A stretch of DNA of 61,950 nt, the filler included. It is 13 parts of 13 records of this genome, joined end to end, with 100 filler letters (N's around TTAATTAATTAA, not from the genome) between each part and the next. Parts side by side here need not be neighbours in the genome. Positions count along the whole stretch, not along the records: positions 23,732 to 29,367 come from SRR9670534_1448; positions 29,468 to 31,888 come from SRR9670534_1458; positions 31,989 to 36,756 come from SRR9670534_1463; positions 36,857 to 41,654 come from SRR9670534_1465; 9 more parts are not named here. One strand, written 5' to 3'. A program made the position numbers and the translations under genes. Within the stretch, counting starts at the first letter, position 1. The number at the start of each line of letters is the position of its first letter. Below are positions 24,883 through 39,800 of the stretch, piece by piece. A model generated the notes under the pieces. It did no database searches and was not told the origin of the DNA. It worked only from the letters and a program-made list of their open reading frames with translations.

Positions 24883-27800
24883 ATGCCTTTATTTATCAGG
24901 AAAGAAGCACTAGAGGTTCCAGTCCCATCTTTAATTCATTTTATACCAGATGATTCAGAAGAAGATCAGTTTCTACTTGATCCTGAGAAATATTATGACA
25001 TTCTACCTCAACCATATCGATTTATAAACAAGTTATTACTTGGGATTGTTGACTATTCCTGGCAAATTTTAAAAGTTAGAGAACAACGAAGGATTGAAGC
25101 TGAAAAGGCAACAAAGATCCCAACGTTTAAAGCGGATAAAACTTTGACTGATCATGTTGATGCAAGAGCGTTTTCTGCTACAAAGGATTTTAGATATTTA
25201 TTCTTGGCTGCTGGAACATCGCTGCACATTCTTGATTCTGCAGATTCTTCATTGAAACTATCATCTACAGACCTTGGAAATATCACACTGATATTATCAG
25301 AGGTGTTAGATGTCGAAACCAGTTTTATTGTGACTTTGAATGATGTTGGAAATATTTTTGCATTTGTCTACTCTCGTGAGAAATTGCTTTTTATAAAGAA
25401 TTTCTTTGAAGTTGGTGCGGTGGTAAGATGTCAATTAATAAGTACATAATAAGGCCCTTGTATTAATTAATTTTATTGTCTTAATATCCATATATAGTAA
25501 ATATATACGAATATTAGTGCTAAATATTACGATATATTTGGATCACATATCGATCGTAATATTAATAATTAAGTAAGCATTTATTATTCAATTTAATAAA
25601 TAGTATTAAATATATTTTAATATTATTATTAATAACATTGTATTAATCGAGGGAAAAAGGGAGTTGAGTTTAATAATTGCGTTTAGGAATTGGGAGAAGG
25701 AATGAGTATCACTAACCTACGTTTATCAGAGAATTGTGATTTCTTTACCATTATTATGAAAGGTTAGTCATAAACTATCAATTGAGATAGTACACTAATT
25801 TTAAAGTATTTTTAAAATTGAATTACGCACTGCGTGGCACTCTTTTACGTTATTACAATGTAAAGTTTCACGTTATTAATATATTAATGTATTATTAATA
25901 TATTATTAAATTATAATGTAAATTTAGACCAAGAGGACACATTTGTAATTGATTCATACAAAATTCCAAAAGAGAGTTGGCAGCGAGAAATAGACCATTT
26001 CTTTGAACAACTTCAAAAGGTAATTTCCAGATAAACAGTAAATATTATTATTAATTAATTGTTCCAGATTATTTATGAATCATGTTATGCATAATTATTC
26101 GAATATAATTAAAATATCAGCGACAGGAAAGAGCTAGTGCTGAAAAACAGAAAGGTAAGAATAAAGGCAGTTATTCTAAAAATCGATCGAAAGATAGAAC
26201 TTCAAAGAGAAAGCAGCTAGATGTAATTAAAGAAAAGGCTAACTCTAAGCTCGAAAGTTCAAAACCGAACTCTAGAGGTAGTAGCGCAAAACCGCGTTCA
26301 CGATCGGGGAGTGCTAAGCCAGACTCTAGAGCTGGTAGTGCTAAACCGGGTCCTGGTTCAAAGTCTGGTAGCACCAAACCGGAACCTAGGTCTTCAAGCT
26401 TTCCATCATCTACCAGAATTGGTAGCGCAAAACCAAAACCAGGAGGTGCTAAACCGAAGCAAACGGATGCAAAATCAAAGAAAATGAGCGCTCAAAAACG
26501 CGGCAAAGTATTCTTGTCTTAAATGACATTGTTATGGCATGCTTAGATGATTTTGACTAAAAATGTTCCTTACCTGCTACATACTTCAGTTATTATTCTA
26601 ATATGTACTTGTCAATTATGCTATAGACTTTAGAGCTGTTTGCTTAGTTCGCACAAACTATGTCAATGTAGTGGATTGCAATTTGCAAAGGATAATCATT
26701 ATCCTTGATTATATATTATTATAATAATTATACTATTTATTATAATAATGATTACAATATATAGGTATGTAATCGTGCTTACTTTCCGAAGTTCGTTTTT
26801 TATTAATGTCGTTTTCTATAATACATTAATTTTTACATGTCTAATTTCTAATTAACAAGCGCATATTGTAGGTATGTCTGTAGCTTTCTATAACATCCTT
26901 TGAAGTACAATATGATTAAATTAAAAAATTTCAAAGTTTGATATATGTATTATAGTTAAGTGGAACTCAAAGAACCGATGAGCAAAGCGAACTTCTTTCA
27001 ACGTCATCACAACAACAACAGAAGAAAAGTCGACCATCTTCTAGAAAAAGTAGAAGTAGCTCTGGATCTCCGGTAGTTGCATAGACCTAATGTACCACTA
27101 TCAAATATGTAACATTTATTAAATTTAACAACTAGAGTGCCAGATCAAAAGCAGATGTAGAATCTCCAACCCCGCCATTTGTTCAGCCTCAAGTAGCAAT
27201 TCAGGAGGAAGGTACACCAAATGAACCTCCAAAATTGAAATTTGACACAACCTTAAGTAAAGTGGTTCATACATTGAGGGTGAAGCAACCAATTTTTGGA
27301 CAACGTACAGTTTTTGAGCAGTTTTTGTTATTATTAATAATACATGTATTATAATATTGATAAGCTATATTATACTATTGATTATCTTTAGCTTCAACAT
27401 TTACGTCTATATATCAAGCTCAAAAAGCAATAGACCCATTTTGTGACGTCTTTGGAAATGGAACGAACCACTCTTTACTGACAAGTGGATATTATGAAAA
27501 ATCAAGAAAGGTGTTTGAAAGACTTAATAGTGAACTTTTAAGCTGCCTAAGCTCGTCAGAACTTGAGAAACTGAGAAATGAGCCGCCATTTAAAGCGAGT
27601 GAGCCAAAAGTCCTGTTTTTGCAAAGAAACACATTTTGCAAAGAAAGTGACTATCAGTTGTTGGAAGGTAACTTAGTAATTTTCGGTTAACTTAGTAACA
27701 GAACATTATTATTAAAATCCTCTATTTTAGGATCTCCAAATAGTTTGGCTGTTTGTTGGCCAGGATATGACTTGAACCTCTACATATACCCACTTGCTAA

Positions 27801-29320
27801 ACAAGCTAAAGGTAAACCATTTTTTGAATTTATATCGTGTTGCTTTTGGAATAAATTACTATAATAGTTGTAATGCTTTTGACACAATACATATTCCTCT
27901 TACTATTTGATTTTGCATTAAGAATTTTGATTTTTATTAAAAACATTTTATTAGCATTATAACAAGGATATTAAGAAATTTATCTAAAAGATGTCAGTCT
28001 GTTTGGTAGTATACTAATTGTATACAATTATTATTTGCCACTTATCTAATTGTAAGTTGGATTATGTACAAAAGGTATTTAGAATAATTTGTTTTGATGA
28101 CACTAGCAACACGTATATTTTTATTAATACATAGGTAGTGTATATACGATTAACGGAACGGCTATTAGTATTATAAATCTTATTATTAATAATCTTATGT
28201 CAAATATTCCATTATACTTTACATTACAATTTATTTGTGGATTCCGAAAATGCTAAAAGTAGCGTAGCTCCTGTAAACATTCCCCCACAAAGACCTGGTA
28301 GGGCACTTAAACGAAGATATCAACGAAAGGATGCAGGAACGCCAATATCTCCCGCTGCAATGTTTAAACAGCAGATTGAGAGTAATACAATAATTGCATC
28401 TGTAGCAATCATTGGGAATGCCCAGGATTATTTGTTATTATTAATTATTATTAATTATCACCATAGTGACTTTATAAACCTTAGTGCATGTTTTTAGCAG
28501 GCATTTTGGCAGAATATTTAGCAAAGAATAGCTATATTATGATAAAACACACAATACAATATATGTACATAATAACGAAGCTTAAATTGATTGTATGTAA
28601 TTAGTAATGAATTACAGGATTACTACCTAAATTCCATCATCACATGTCTCATACTATTCTTACTGAAATGGGCATCTGTACTGAAGGTATTGAATGAAAT
28701 TGCACAATGAAATTATTAATAATAATTAAGAAGCTCAGCGGCACAAGAATAGCTCAGATGCTAAGCGGCTTACTAATTATTAGTATACCTATTAAATATT
28801 ATTGATAATTATTAATAATGATGGTGCCGCGTAATAACGATGTGTTTTAAACAATTTGAACTTTTTAATAATAACTCACAACTGATTTGGCATGTTTGAC
28901 CACGATTTTGACTAATTTCATTACTTCTTCAATGTTAGGCATTTATATAACACTTTTAGATGTAACACATCGCCCTTCTTTCGTTCTACCCTTTGCATCA
29001 TACGTCACCTGCATAACAGTATCCAAAAATGATCAAATTTTGGCAATTGGTTTAGAATCTGGGGTTTTGATTTTGAAAAATATTATGACAGGCTTTGACA
29101 TTGCAACTTTGAAAGTTTCTAAGGATCCAATTGAAGACATTATAATTATACCACCAAATGCATTGAATGCTGCACCTATGCCATCACACACTTTTCAACA
29201 TTTCAAAGTTATTGTCCTATCTGGTGAAAAGAAAACACCGATCATAATTGGACCAGTAGGGGGAAATGATTGCTTTGGTACAAATTATACACCTATGGTT
29301 AAGCAAATGGACTTTTCTGG
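24883..29320 (+). CDS. WDR93: WD repeat-containing protein 93 (ciliary), multi-exon, 3'-truncated
   Basis: N-terminus MPLFIRKEALEVPVPSL...DPEKYYDILPQPYRFINKLL matches the recalled WDR93 motif DP....D.LPQPYR.I.K. Phase-compatible exons at 24883-25410, 25687-25762, 25928-26019, 26121-26507 and onward to 28939-29320. Confidence 0.78.
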
Positions 29321-29546
29321 GTATATCACTTTTAATAATAAACATTATTATTATAGTATTTTATGCCNNNNNNNNNNNNNNNNNNNNNNNNNNNNNNNNN
29401 NNNNNNNNNNNTTAATTAATTAANNNNNNNNNNNNNNNNNNNNNNNNNNNNNNNNNNNNNNNNNNNNAATATATAAAATATCATATAATATAATATACTT
29501 ATAAGTATATTATTTATATGTAAATTGTTGCTTTTTGTCCACTCAG

Positions 29547-29771
29547 CTGCAGTATGATTTTGCTGATGAGCCGTTGGCTCTAATGATAAACAAAAAGAGT
29601 ATCAAAATAACTGATTATAAGAAGTTTGACCTGTCAACAGAAGAAATAAGAAATACAATGAATTCGATTTCTGTTGAAAATCGATTGTGTATGCCTCATG
29701 CTTATCTTCAATGTTTTCAAGTTTTGTTAAAGTTTACAGATAATGACTTAGTTTATTACTGCAAGATGTGA
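29547..29771 (+). CDS. Terminal exon of an unidentified gene
   Basis: Acceptor CTCAG| followed by an open frame LQYDFADEPLAL...LVYYCKM*. No family recognised. Confidence 0.4.
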   Translation: MQYDFADEPLALMINKKSIKITDYKKFDLSTEEIRNTMNSISVENRLCMPHAYLQCFQVLLKFTDNDLVYYCKM

Positions 29772-29943
29772 TTAGCAAATCAAAAATATTGATAATATTG
29801 GTTTTTTTTTTGTAAAAATACCGAAAAATAATACAATTGCACTACAAGGGTAATCCTATGGAACATGTCATTAAAATTTGATGTAATTTTGTAGTACTAT
29901 TGTTGCAAAGTGGTTTTGAAAAAACTGCCATATCAAATAAGGA

Positions 29944-31888
29944 CTACCACGCATCAAACTGACAGCAAAAAGTCAAATGAATACCTCCGCTTTTTAAGGC
30001 TAACCAATTTGAAAAATCGTTATGTGCCAACATAACATGTGTGTCACCTGAATTTGGTTCACCATAAGCCCAATTTGTGTATCTTCCACATGACCGTGAA
30101 CCATCTTCCCAGGTAAACTTACATTCCTTTCGGTTACGTACATATGGTGCAGAAAGTCCAATCCAATAGTACCCACCTCCATCAATGTTGTCGATTGCTG
30201 AGGAAAGCCAAGAATTTTCATTGCGGTTGTAAATCCTTGGAAGGAAAGCTCCTCTTTCCTTGCAGAAGCTTGAAGCAGCTGCAAAGCTTTTCTTCATGGT
30301 TTCATTATAACACTTGTAGTATTTCTTAAAACCACTGCTGGTACCGTAGTATTGAAAACCACTGGGAACATTGGTACTTGTCGTAGTGGTGATAGTTGTA
30401 GTTGGGGTTGTAGTTCTGGCTTTCGTGGTAGTCATGGTGGATGTAGTAGTTGGATTCATAGAATTCAACAAAGCCTCAATTCCTTCTATCATATGGTTGG
30501 TATTTTGAACTAAAACGATAAATCAGCATGTTTTCTGCATGCAAAGCTGTACTATTGTACTACACTCTATTATTTATATGAACTATGACTCATCTGATAT
30601 GAGTTATTAATTAATAATAATAAGCATTGCTAAACTAAAGATTATTAATAAATCAAATAACCATGATGTGTAAATATATGATAATAGGATATGGTCGATA
30701 GCAAAGGCGTACGCTCCTTCTTCTTTTCCTCCAAAAAGCTCTCCAGTTGTATGATGGTATCTGTAACATTCTGCTCTTGCATGATCAAATCGCTTTTAAT
30801 TTCAAACATTTTTAGGCATTTTTCATACAAGGATAGTTCATCTTTGGTACATGTTGGGTGTTGCTCAAAGGTAGTCAGCATCTTCGCGAAAAAAGTCTTT
30901 ATTTCAAGTACTGCAAAAAACAGAGATCACTAAGAAATTAGGCTCATTTTTAACATATCTAGGTTTAAAGGAATGGGTGTTTTAATAAAAATGAACAAGT
31001 AGTAAACTTTACGTTTGGATCGATCTTTCTCAGTCTTTTGGATGTTTACTTTAATGCCGCTTGCAATCGATTGTAATCTTTGTTTTGTTTGAGTTAAAAC
31101 AGACACCGACGGCAGATCTAACATATAAATTGCAATACTATGCAGTATAGCCAATGACTCATTATCGGATATATCATATTTATGTACAATGTACACCATA
31201 AGTATGCAGTACTCAACAATTATGTTATAGTGACGCTACGTTTATATTGCCATGATTTAACATATTATTGTATTGTATACTATACAATGTGTACTACTTA
31301 TTTTACTATATAGTATACAATAATACGTAATATATAAAACATATTAATGTATGCTATATATTATAATATTAATAGGTTAACTTATACAATATGATATGCA
31401 TTTTAATATATTTTGTTATATGATATGTTATAATTATTATAGTGTAATTATTATAATAATATAATATATAGTGTACTATATTATGCTTATGAAATACGAA
31501 TTTGATATTATAAAGATTATATTACACGATCGCATATTACTACATAATACATTAACAATATATTGCAGAAATATATCATATATGATACAACAATATTGTA
31601 ATACTATAATACTATATAAAGAATAAAATACTCTATGTATAATAATTTATTTTATATTATAGGTTAGAACACTTAATATTTGAAGAAAATATTATAAACT
31701 GTGATACTAATATATAATTCAATAATATATTGCTATATAATTTAATAATATTATAAATATATTAATCATTTAATATATTAATGTATTATGCAATAATTCA
31801 GTAATATATTGCTATAATATAATAGATACAACTTTGTTCTTCCAATGGAGAGGTGCTAAAAACCATTTCAAGCAGCTGCCTGATCTCA
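29944..31888 (-). CDS. C-type lectin with helical neck and Thr-rich stalk, 5'-truncated
   Basis: Phase-1 exons 31888-31833, 31117-31013, 30910-30713 and 30509-29944. Poly-Thr stalk, then CTLD motifs CY, A..FC, YWIGL, F.W.DG, YTNW..GEPN and FCCQ. Confidence 0.85.
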
Positions 31889-32113
31889 NNNNNNNNNNNN
31901 NNNNNNNNNNNNNNNNNNNNNNNNNNNNNNNNTTAATTAATTAANNNNNNNNNNNNNNNNNNNNNNNNNNNNNNNNNNNNNNNNNNNNACACCTGAAAGA
32001 CCTTCCTTGTAAGTATTATAAAATGTACATATAATTAGTTCTGCTGCTGTACGCCTTCGTGTAATTTCGGTAAGTACAATAAGAACGCTATAGCTTATTA
32101 AATATTATAATAC

Positions 32114-34635
32114 ATTTGAGCTCTTTTGATAGATTTCATTGCATTATATCTTTGAAATCCAGCTTGATGTACAGTAAAGAAAGGTAGCCACCCAAAAAAT
32201 CCACCTACTACCAAAATCCAAAACGAATGACGAATGCCTGGGTTACCATCAAAACTATAATATAAAACAAAACTATACATAAATGTATAATACATTAATT
32301 TCAACATTATCAGTGTACAATAGAGCATGTAGCATAAGTCAATCAGATAGAATAATACTTCCAAGTATTAAGTCTTCCCCCTTCCTCTGCTATCTCAAAT
32401 ACCCTTCCAATACCTCCGACCTGAATGGTTCCCTAAAATCAGTAGGTATATTAATAAGCTTAACATTAGAGCTGCTTACATCGCTTGCATGGCGCCATGT
32501 GCTTCTATTGTAATTGAAATTTCAATTACAATGGATTACTATAAGGGTTTTGTTATTAATAATATTAGTTATTAATTAATAATAGTTTAGTAGTTTAATT
32601 ATTTAGTACCTCTAAAGAAAAAATTAACTTTCAGGTGGCAATATATTTTACCTGTTGCAACTTTGCATAAACATAGTTATTTTTAATATTGCAAACAGAT
32701 GTCACTGGCATAAAACATTTAATTTGGCGGTAACTAGAATCTCTTGTTTATGGAAAGCTATAGCTCAAAAACGAACGATTATGACAACCTGAGATCTGGA
32801 AGGGCTAATCTTCAAATAAGAGAAAAATTATTCAAAGTTTTTGCACCTATGGATGAATGGGCCATTCAGAATGGCACCATCTTTTACAAGTAAATTGCAA
32901 ATGGTAGTTTATGTAGTCATGGTAGTCACACTATTAATAATATCTTTTGTTTTCTTTTGTCATTAATTATTCGCAATTAACTTACATAAGTGCAGACTGC
33001 AATTAAACCAGCTATCAAAATACAAGCTTGAAACACATCTGTCCAAATTCCACCACGCAAACCACCCTTGGAAAAAAATTCAAACAATTTACTAAATTAT
33101 TACTCTTGGATGGAATAACATTATTTTATACTATTGTAGTGTTACTACAGCGTGTCACAAGAAGGCAAATTTCAACAAAATCTTGTTTTTTGGCACACCT
33201 TATTACTAATAATTAATTATTACTAATATGTAGTACGGTTTAATAATTAATAAGGGCGTACAAGTGATGTGTATACTGTGCAGATCACCCCAACAATAAC
33301 CACAAATTTCCAGTCTTCAATTCCAGTCACTATTATCGAATAACTGTAATGATCAACATACATATGTATATCTAATAGATATTGTCTATGCATACTATAC
33401 TTTTAATACAAAGTTAGTTCAAAAATACAAACCAAAATGTGCTAAAGTTACACGTATTATGAATGTTGGTTGTTATAAAATAATTATAGATTATGACAAA
33501 CTGAACATTGCTAAGATTTGCCAAATACTTATCCCTAATTAAAAGTTATTACTGATAATAAAGATATTCACAAATTCAATATAAGTTATAAAATGAAATG
33601 ATTTTGAATTAAAAAACTTAATTATTAACTGTGATATGAACTTAGTTTTAAATAATACTTTAAAAAATTACCACACATTATAGTATCACTACTATATTTT
33701 AATAATAAAGACTTGGTTAACTATCAGGTATTATAATTAATATTATTAATTAATAAGAAAATCACTACAAATGTATTCACTGATTATTCTAAAGTGTATT
33801 CCATTAGACAGAAGGTAAAAATGACATACCTGCTTGCAAAGCAATTGATGGTGCCCATTGAGCTATTCCAACATAGATTAGCTGAAATCGTTTATTAGTA
33901 TATTATTAGCTATTAATAGTCAATATTGCATATCAATAGTATTGGTATTACATGTAATCATTACATTATAATTATTAATGACAATAGTAGGATTTTGAGA
34001 GGTATGTTATTAACATAATAACATAATAAGTTATTATTATTAATAAAATATAATTGAACGTATCGTGAGTTATCGGAAGTTACGATTCGTACATATTTAC
34101 ATACCATTTGAAGCAATGAAAGAAATGCTCCCAAACCTCTGGCTGTCTTAGATTCAAACCTGTATTCAAAATACTAAAAAAACTTTATTAGGTGATGAAA
34201 CTGCTTATTAACTAACTTTATTGTATATAGGTATGAAATACGAACCTCAAAAACAGAAAAGCATTCCATTCTATATATAACTGGGGCAAATAAAAATGCT
34301 GCCACAATGGGTACAAAGAATAACCCAATAACTATCACCCAGTATTGTATTCCATAATAGTACATCTCTGAACTTGAGCCTAAAATACTGATAGCAGAAA
34401 TAAAAGTTACCACCATGCTCAACGCACAAAAGATCGGATTCATTTGCTTCTCTGCAAGGAAGTATTCCTTACTTGTTCCAATTTTAAATGATTTATACGC
34501 ATTTGCAATTGCAATAACCGCAGAAATAACTAATATTAACCCAAAAAAAGTCCAATCGGCGAATTCGAAGGTAAATTTTTTAGGATCCCTATCATCTTGG
34601 CAAGCAGGAATGGTGGAAGTTGGTGTTGATGTCAT
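32114..34635 (-). CDS. Sodium:solute symporter SLC5A (SMCT/SMVT-like), 3'-truncated
   Basis: Exons 34635-34246, 34173-34105, ~33882-33830, ~33329-33262, ~33067-32987, 32432-32359 and 32254-32114. Motifs EYFLA, LSMVVTFISAISILG..SEMYYYG.QY, EY.EYRF, GG...IWTDVFQ, GGRL...FD.NP..RHSFW and Q..FQRY. Confidence 0.9.
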
Positions 34636-35204
34636 ACTAGCAATAATACTTTCCGTCAGATTATAAGCAAAGTGCTTTTAGACTGAAGTTTTAGCATTGA
34701 ATAGTGGGGGTAAAAATGCCTATCTATAACAATAGCTGAAGGATAGAATAAAAGCCATAAATAGCACAAAAGACTGTAATCACGTGCTATCAAAAGTAAA
34801 AAGGTTTAATCATGCATATCGATACTTATTATTATTAATAATAAAAGAATATAAATCTAAAATTAATCTTTCCATATAGCAACTACAATATAGGTAACAG
34901 GTATTATACTTTTTTACTACATTAGCTTGAATCATACAATGCACGATATACAGCCATAAGTTTAATAATAACAGATATATTCAGTAGCAATGTTATGTTA
35001 ACATTGTTAGCACCAGATTTTTGATAAGAACCACAAAACTAATACCTACATACGATAAGTTCACCCGTGATTCACGGGCCGTGAACACATTTACACAATA
35101 ATAAAAGATGTCGTTAGTTCAACACAACTTTTATTTTTGACAGATTTTACCAAACCTACAAATTACGCTACTTTCAACATATCTTACTTAATAACCTAAC
35201 AAAA

Positions 35205-36728
35205 TCAAGGATTTGCCGTGGTAAGGCATTGATGCACTCTTTGCAGCAGTCCATTTAGAGACGTCTGCCATACAGATAACTTATCCTTTAAGTCAACCCA
35301 ATCTTGGTTTGTGAAATTTCTGCAAGAAGTGTGATCAATTAGCAATCTTTCATTAATTTGATCCAATTTTGCCTTCATTAATCCATTTCGAATAACTAGA
35401 ATGGTATGTAAATACTATTGGTATGTAATGAAGGATGATTATAGGAGATATTACCATCAATAATAAAAGATTCCACATCGGCGGGATCAATTTTTAAGCG
35501 ATCCGAAATCGTTGAAAAACGCAGTTCTTTTTCATTTTTTGCCAGATCAATTACCATTAACTGTTTCAACTTTCGCAACAATAATTCATAACTCAATCCC
35601 TTACTGGAAAGAAAATCAGGATATTTCGAATTAAACTCCTCCAAGTCATCCGCGTCACCCCGAACAAAAATTAAAAGAAGCTAAAATGTTTGGAAATAAA
35701 AAGTAAACTGACAAAAACATAACGATATGCTGCAGCAAAGCTATAAATTCAATATGATTAAAAATTAAAACCTCATATGTAGGAGTTCCCTCAAGCTGTT
35801 TAACAGGTTCAAGTTCTAGATGATCATCATATAAATACCTTGAACCATCAGACAAAGAGAAAATTACACATCTAAATTTAATAAAAACGATTTAATTAAA
35901 ACATCGATTGGGCAATGTGTTTATAAGTACTTCTCGGCCAAATCCTTTCTTTCACTTGCTTGCTCTCTATCACATAAAGAGAATAAATACAGGAGAACTT
36001 CATTTGCTTTCTTCCTAAACATATCTAAATGTAGCGCTGTAATCATGAATGCAAGAAAGCACATACGGATCATTGCATTCCAGACAGGATTGATGTAAAC
36101 GCTCATAAAACGCTAAGATTTGAACTTGATTAAAATTCATCTCTCGAACTCGAGATTTGACATCCTCTAAATTTTTGCAAATTCGATCAATTTTACCAGT
36201 CATACCTCCCAACTTCAAGATTGACATGTAAATGGAATATTGATATTTCTTGAGGTTAGCATTTGCTTGACATGAGAAAAGGACATTGGTCAAGACTCGT
36301 ACACGTGCAATATAACTATCAACTTTATCGCCGTGATCGCTGCACTCTTCTAATTTCTCAAGAAAAACGGTAATCATATCCTTGAATCGACTCATAAAAG
36401 CTTCATTAAAAATTAGATTTACAGTTGAATTTAAGGCTCCTTCGATATCTAGTGGAATAAAAAAATTATTACGTAATGTATCGTTTTTCGTTAAATTTAA
36501 CCGTCGTTAACAGGTTAACAGGTATGTACCTTGCTCTGAGCAAGTATCCCATAAACAATTTAGGCATTTTATGATTTCCACAACGTGATTATGTAGTTCT
36601 CTTTGATCGTCTTCTCCCTTTACAGCAATCTCTATATCTGCACCTTTACTCTTAAGAAATTCCTTAAGTTCAGAAATTTGTGAAACTACGTCAAATTCTG
36701 GATCACCAAAGAGTGAATAAGAAAGCAT
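35205..36728 (-). CDS. EIF3M: Eukaryotic translation initiation factor 3 subunit M
   Basis: ELKEFLKSKGADI, DIEGALNS, YLYDDHLELEPVKQLEG, KLKQL, DVESFIID, KLDQ and FTNQDW..LKDKLSVW align with the recalled eIF3m PCI protein. Short GT-AG introns. Confidence 0.88.
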
Positions 36729-36856
36729 TGTTTCCACACCAAAAGTAGCTAAAGGTNNNNNNNNNNNNNNNNNNNNNNNNNNNNNNNNNNNNNNNNNNNN
36801 TTAATTAATTAANNNNNNNNNNNNNNNNNNNNNNNNNNNNNNNNNNNNNNNNNNNN

Positions 36857-39800
36857 ATTCCACATAAGTAGGCCCAATCCCCTTCATTTGGAGCCACACG
36901 GCAGGGATAAGAAAATTGGTTCTTATTCTATAATAACAATTTTACTTTCCTACTATTTGATTGCTTTTGTTTCCCTTTGCTATTTCCAATACTTTGAACT
37001 TATTATGACAGAAGAAGGTACAGAACCTACTGGTGTTGAAGGTGATGTAATGAATAATCCTATCTATTTGAAGAAAAGAAGAGCTGGTTTTAAAGCATAT
37101 ATCACACAACAAATCAATAACATTCAAAGAAGTTATGATACCAATGAACTTTTAATTGCCAATAAGATCAGTGTTCAAGCAGCAATAAACACCATTGACA
37201 GATATGTTCAAAAAATACTTGAAGTAAGTGAAGAATATCAACTTTTCTTGGATGATGCTGAACTAGAAACTGATATTATTTCCACTGCTGAATTTGAAAA
37301 TGATATAACAACTTTCAAAATGAAAATTTTCGATGTTATCAAACCATCTACTTCAACAACTCATTCAAGTTCTTCTGTTGTTAATAATAATCATAACAAA
37401 ATGGGTTCAAAATTACCAGAGAAAAGACTTCCAATTTTCAAAGGCAATATTTTGCAATGGCTTGAATTTGAAGAAAGTTTTAAATCACTAATAACTGATA
37501 ATCCAACTTTAACAGATCAAGACAGAATTGGCTATCTGTGGGATGCATTGGAAGGTCCAGCCAAAAGGGCAGTAAGTGGTCTAACTAAAACAGGTAAGAA
37601 TTTCCATAAAGCCATTGACTTATTGAAAAAGAGATTTGGTAAGGTAGAGCTACTTAAGGAAGCTTATATTTCTAATATAGTTAAGGCTAGTTGCAACAGA
37701 ATGGATGTAAAATCCTTAAGAATATTCTATGATGATATTATCTCTAATATTAGGTCACTCAATACTTTGGGGCTAGAAGAATCTTCATTTTCTAGTTTTC
37801 TAACCCCTGTAATACTTGCTAAGTTGCCTAGAGAAATGCAAACCCACATTTCAAGAACAAGACGTTTGCTCTCCCCTAATGTTAGTTCAGATGCTTTGCC
37901 TACTTTGACATTGACTCAACTTATGACATATCTTGAACAAGAAATCACTTCATTGGAAGTGCCTATGACTTCATATCAATTTCCTCATGAAAGAACAGAG
38001 GTAGTTCGACAGCATTTTGATCAAAATCTTTCTAGTAGTCATAACAATAGTAGTAATAATAGCTCTACATTAACCAATATGTCAACTTCTATTAATAATA
38101 ACAATAATAATAGACTAAGGCCATGTGTTTATTGTAATAGTCAGCATCCACCTTCTAGATGTAATACTGTAGTATCACCCTATGAGAGAAAACAAATTCT
38201 TTCTAGACAACAATTGTGTTATTTATGTCTTAGACCTGGACATAGTATTCGTAACTGTAATAGTAATTATGGTAATTGCAATTGTGGTTTGAAACACCAC
38301 TCCTCTATTTGTACTAGAGGCATTGTCACTACTCTTGGTAGAGGGAATGCTTCTAGTGCATCTAGAAATAGTACTGATAGTAGTTCAAGAAGACAACATT
38401 TTGATATAACACCACCTTCACAAAGTTTACTTAATGCTTCGAATGCAAACAATTTAGAGTCTAATAGTAATGCTAGTTCTTCTAATAATGTTTCAGAGAG
38501 TACTTCTACTCAAACTAGTGCTGATGCTAGTACTGATACCAGTACTCAAATGTGTGTTTCTACTGCTAATAATGATGATATTGAGTCTAATAATAATAAC
38601 AGTATTGATAATGCAACATTTCTATCAAATATTAGTACTATGTTGAATGAAAACTTGCTATTGTCTAATCGTAAAACCATTATGATGATCTTTGAAGCTA
38701 TAATTTGTGATAATAATGGTAATAATTTAAACATTACTGTTATGCTGGATGATGGTTCTTATTACTCACATTTAGCTGACAGGCTTCTTGAATATTTGAA
38801 CTTAGAAATGCTTCAGAATGCACAGCTTAATCTAGGTGTTTTTAATAGCTCTCAAACTAGTACTTGCAATGCAAATTTGTATGCACTAAGCCTGCATAGT
38901 GCAGATACTAACAAAACATACAAAATGTCAGCTTTTGCTACAAATGTAATTTGTCCAAAAATTATACATTCGGTAGACTACTCTACTATGCAAGACTTGG
39001 TTTTGGGACATCAGATTATCAACACAAAGGCAAAGTCCTCAAACATTGATCTTTTGATAGGTTTGGACTATTACTGGTTGTTTGTAACAGGTAAAAATGA
39101 GCATATAACAGATTCATTAGTAGCATCTGAAACAGTCTTTGGTTGGCTACTAAATGGACAATATAGTTGCTTAGATAACTCTAGTATATCTAATAGTATT
39201 GCTATGAACATTGTTCAATCACATTCTGCTTTTGATACTAACACTATTTCTGATAATAATGATATTGCTTCATTGCTTAAACATTTTTGGGCACTTGAAC
39301 ATGTTGGTATTGTAAATGAGCCACTGTCTCATTATGATGAATTTTGCCAAACAGTTTGCTTTGATAATAATGAAAATCGCTATGTAGTTTCATTGCCTTG
39401 GAAGCCTTGCAAAAATCAGCTGCAAAATAATTTATCTAGTGCAAAAAGAAGACTATTTACTGCAGTGGCTAAAATGCCTAAGTCATTATTGCATGACTAT
39501 GATGATATTCTTGGTGAGTATGAACAACTTGGCACTATTGAGACTTTGCCAATCTCTGCTTTGCAACAAGAAAATGACTGCTTTTATTTGCCACATAGAC
39601 CTGTAGTAGATATGACTAGAACTACAACAAAGATAAGACCAGTGTTTGATGGGTCTGCAAAACCCTCAAAAAATAGCTTATCTTTGAATGATTGCTTGCT
39701 GACTGGTGACAACATGTTACCATTGATCTTTTCATTGCTTATTAAGTTGAGACTATTTTCTTTTATCATACTTGGTGATATTAAGAAAGCTTTTCACCAA

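Noticed and set aside
24491-24883. H2A-WDR93 as an operon
   Set aside because: H2A has AATAAA and WDR93 has its own CCAAT, X-box and YY1-like cluster, so independent transcription is at least as likely.
29367-29771. Exon at 29547 as the end of WDR93
   Set aside because: It lies across an artificial spacer and has no recognisable WDR93 similarity.
32359-32432. Suspected frameshift in an SLC5A exon
   Set aside because: Recounting the homopolymer gives five bases, which yields EEGGRLNTWN in the correct phase.
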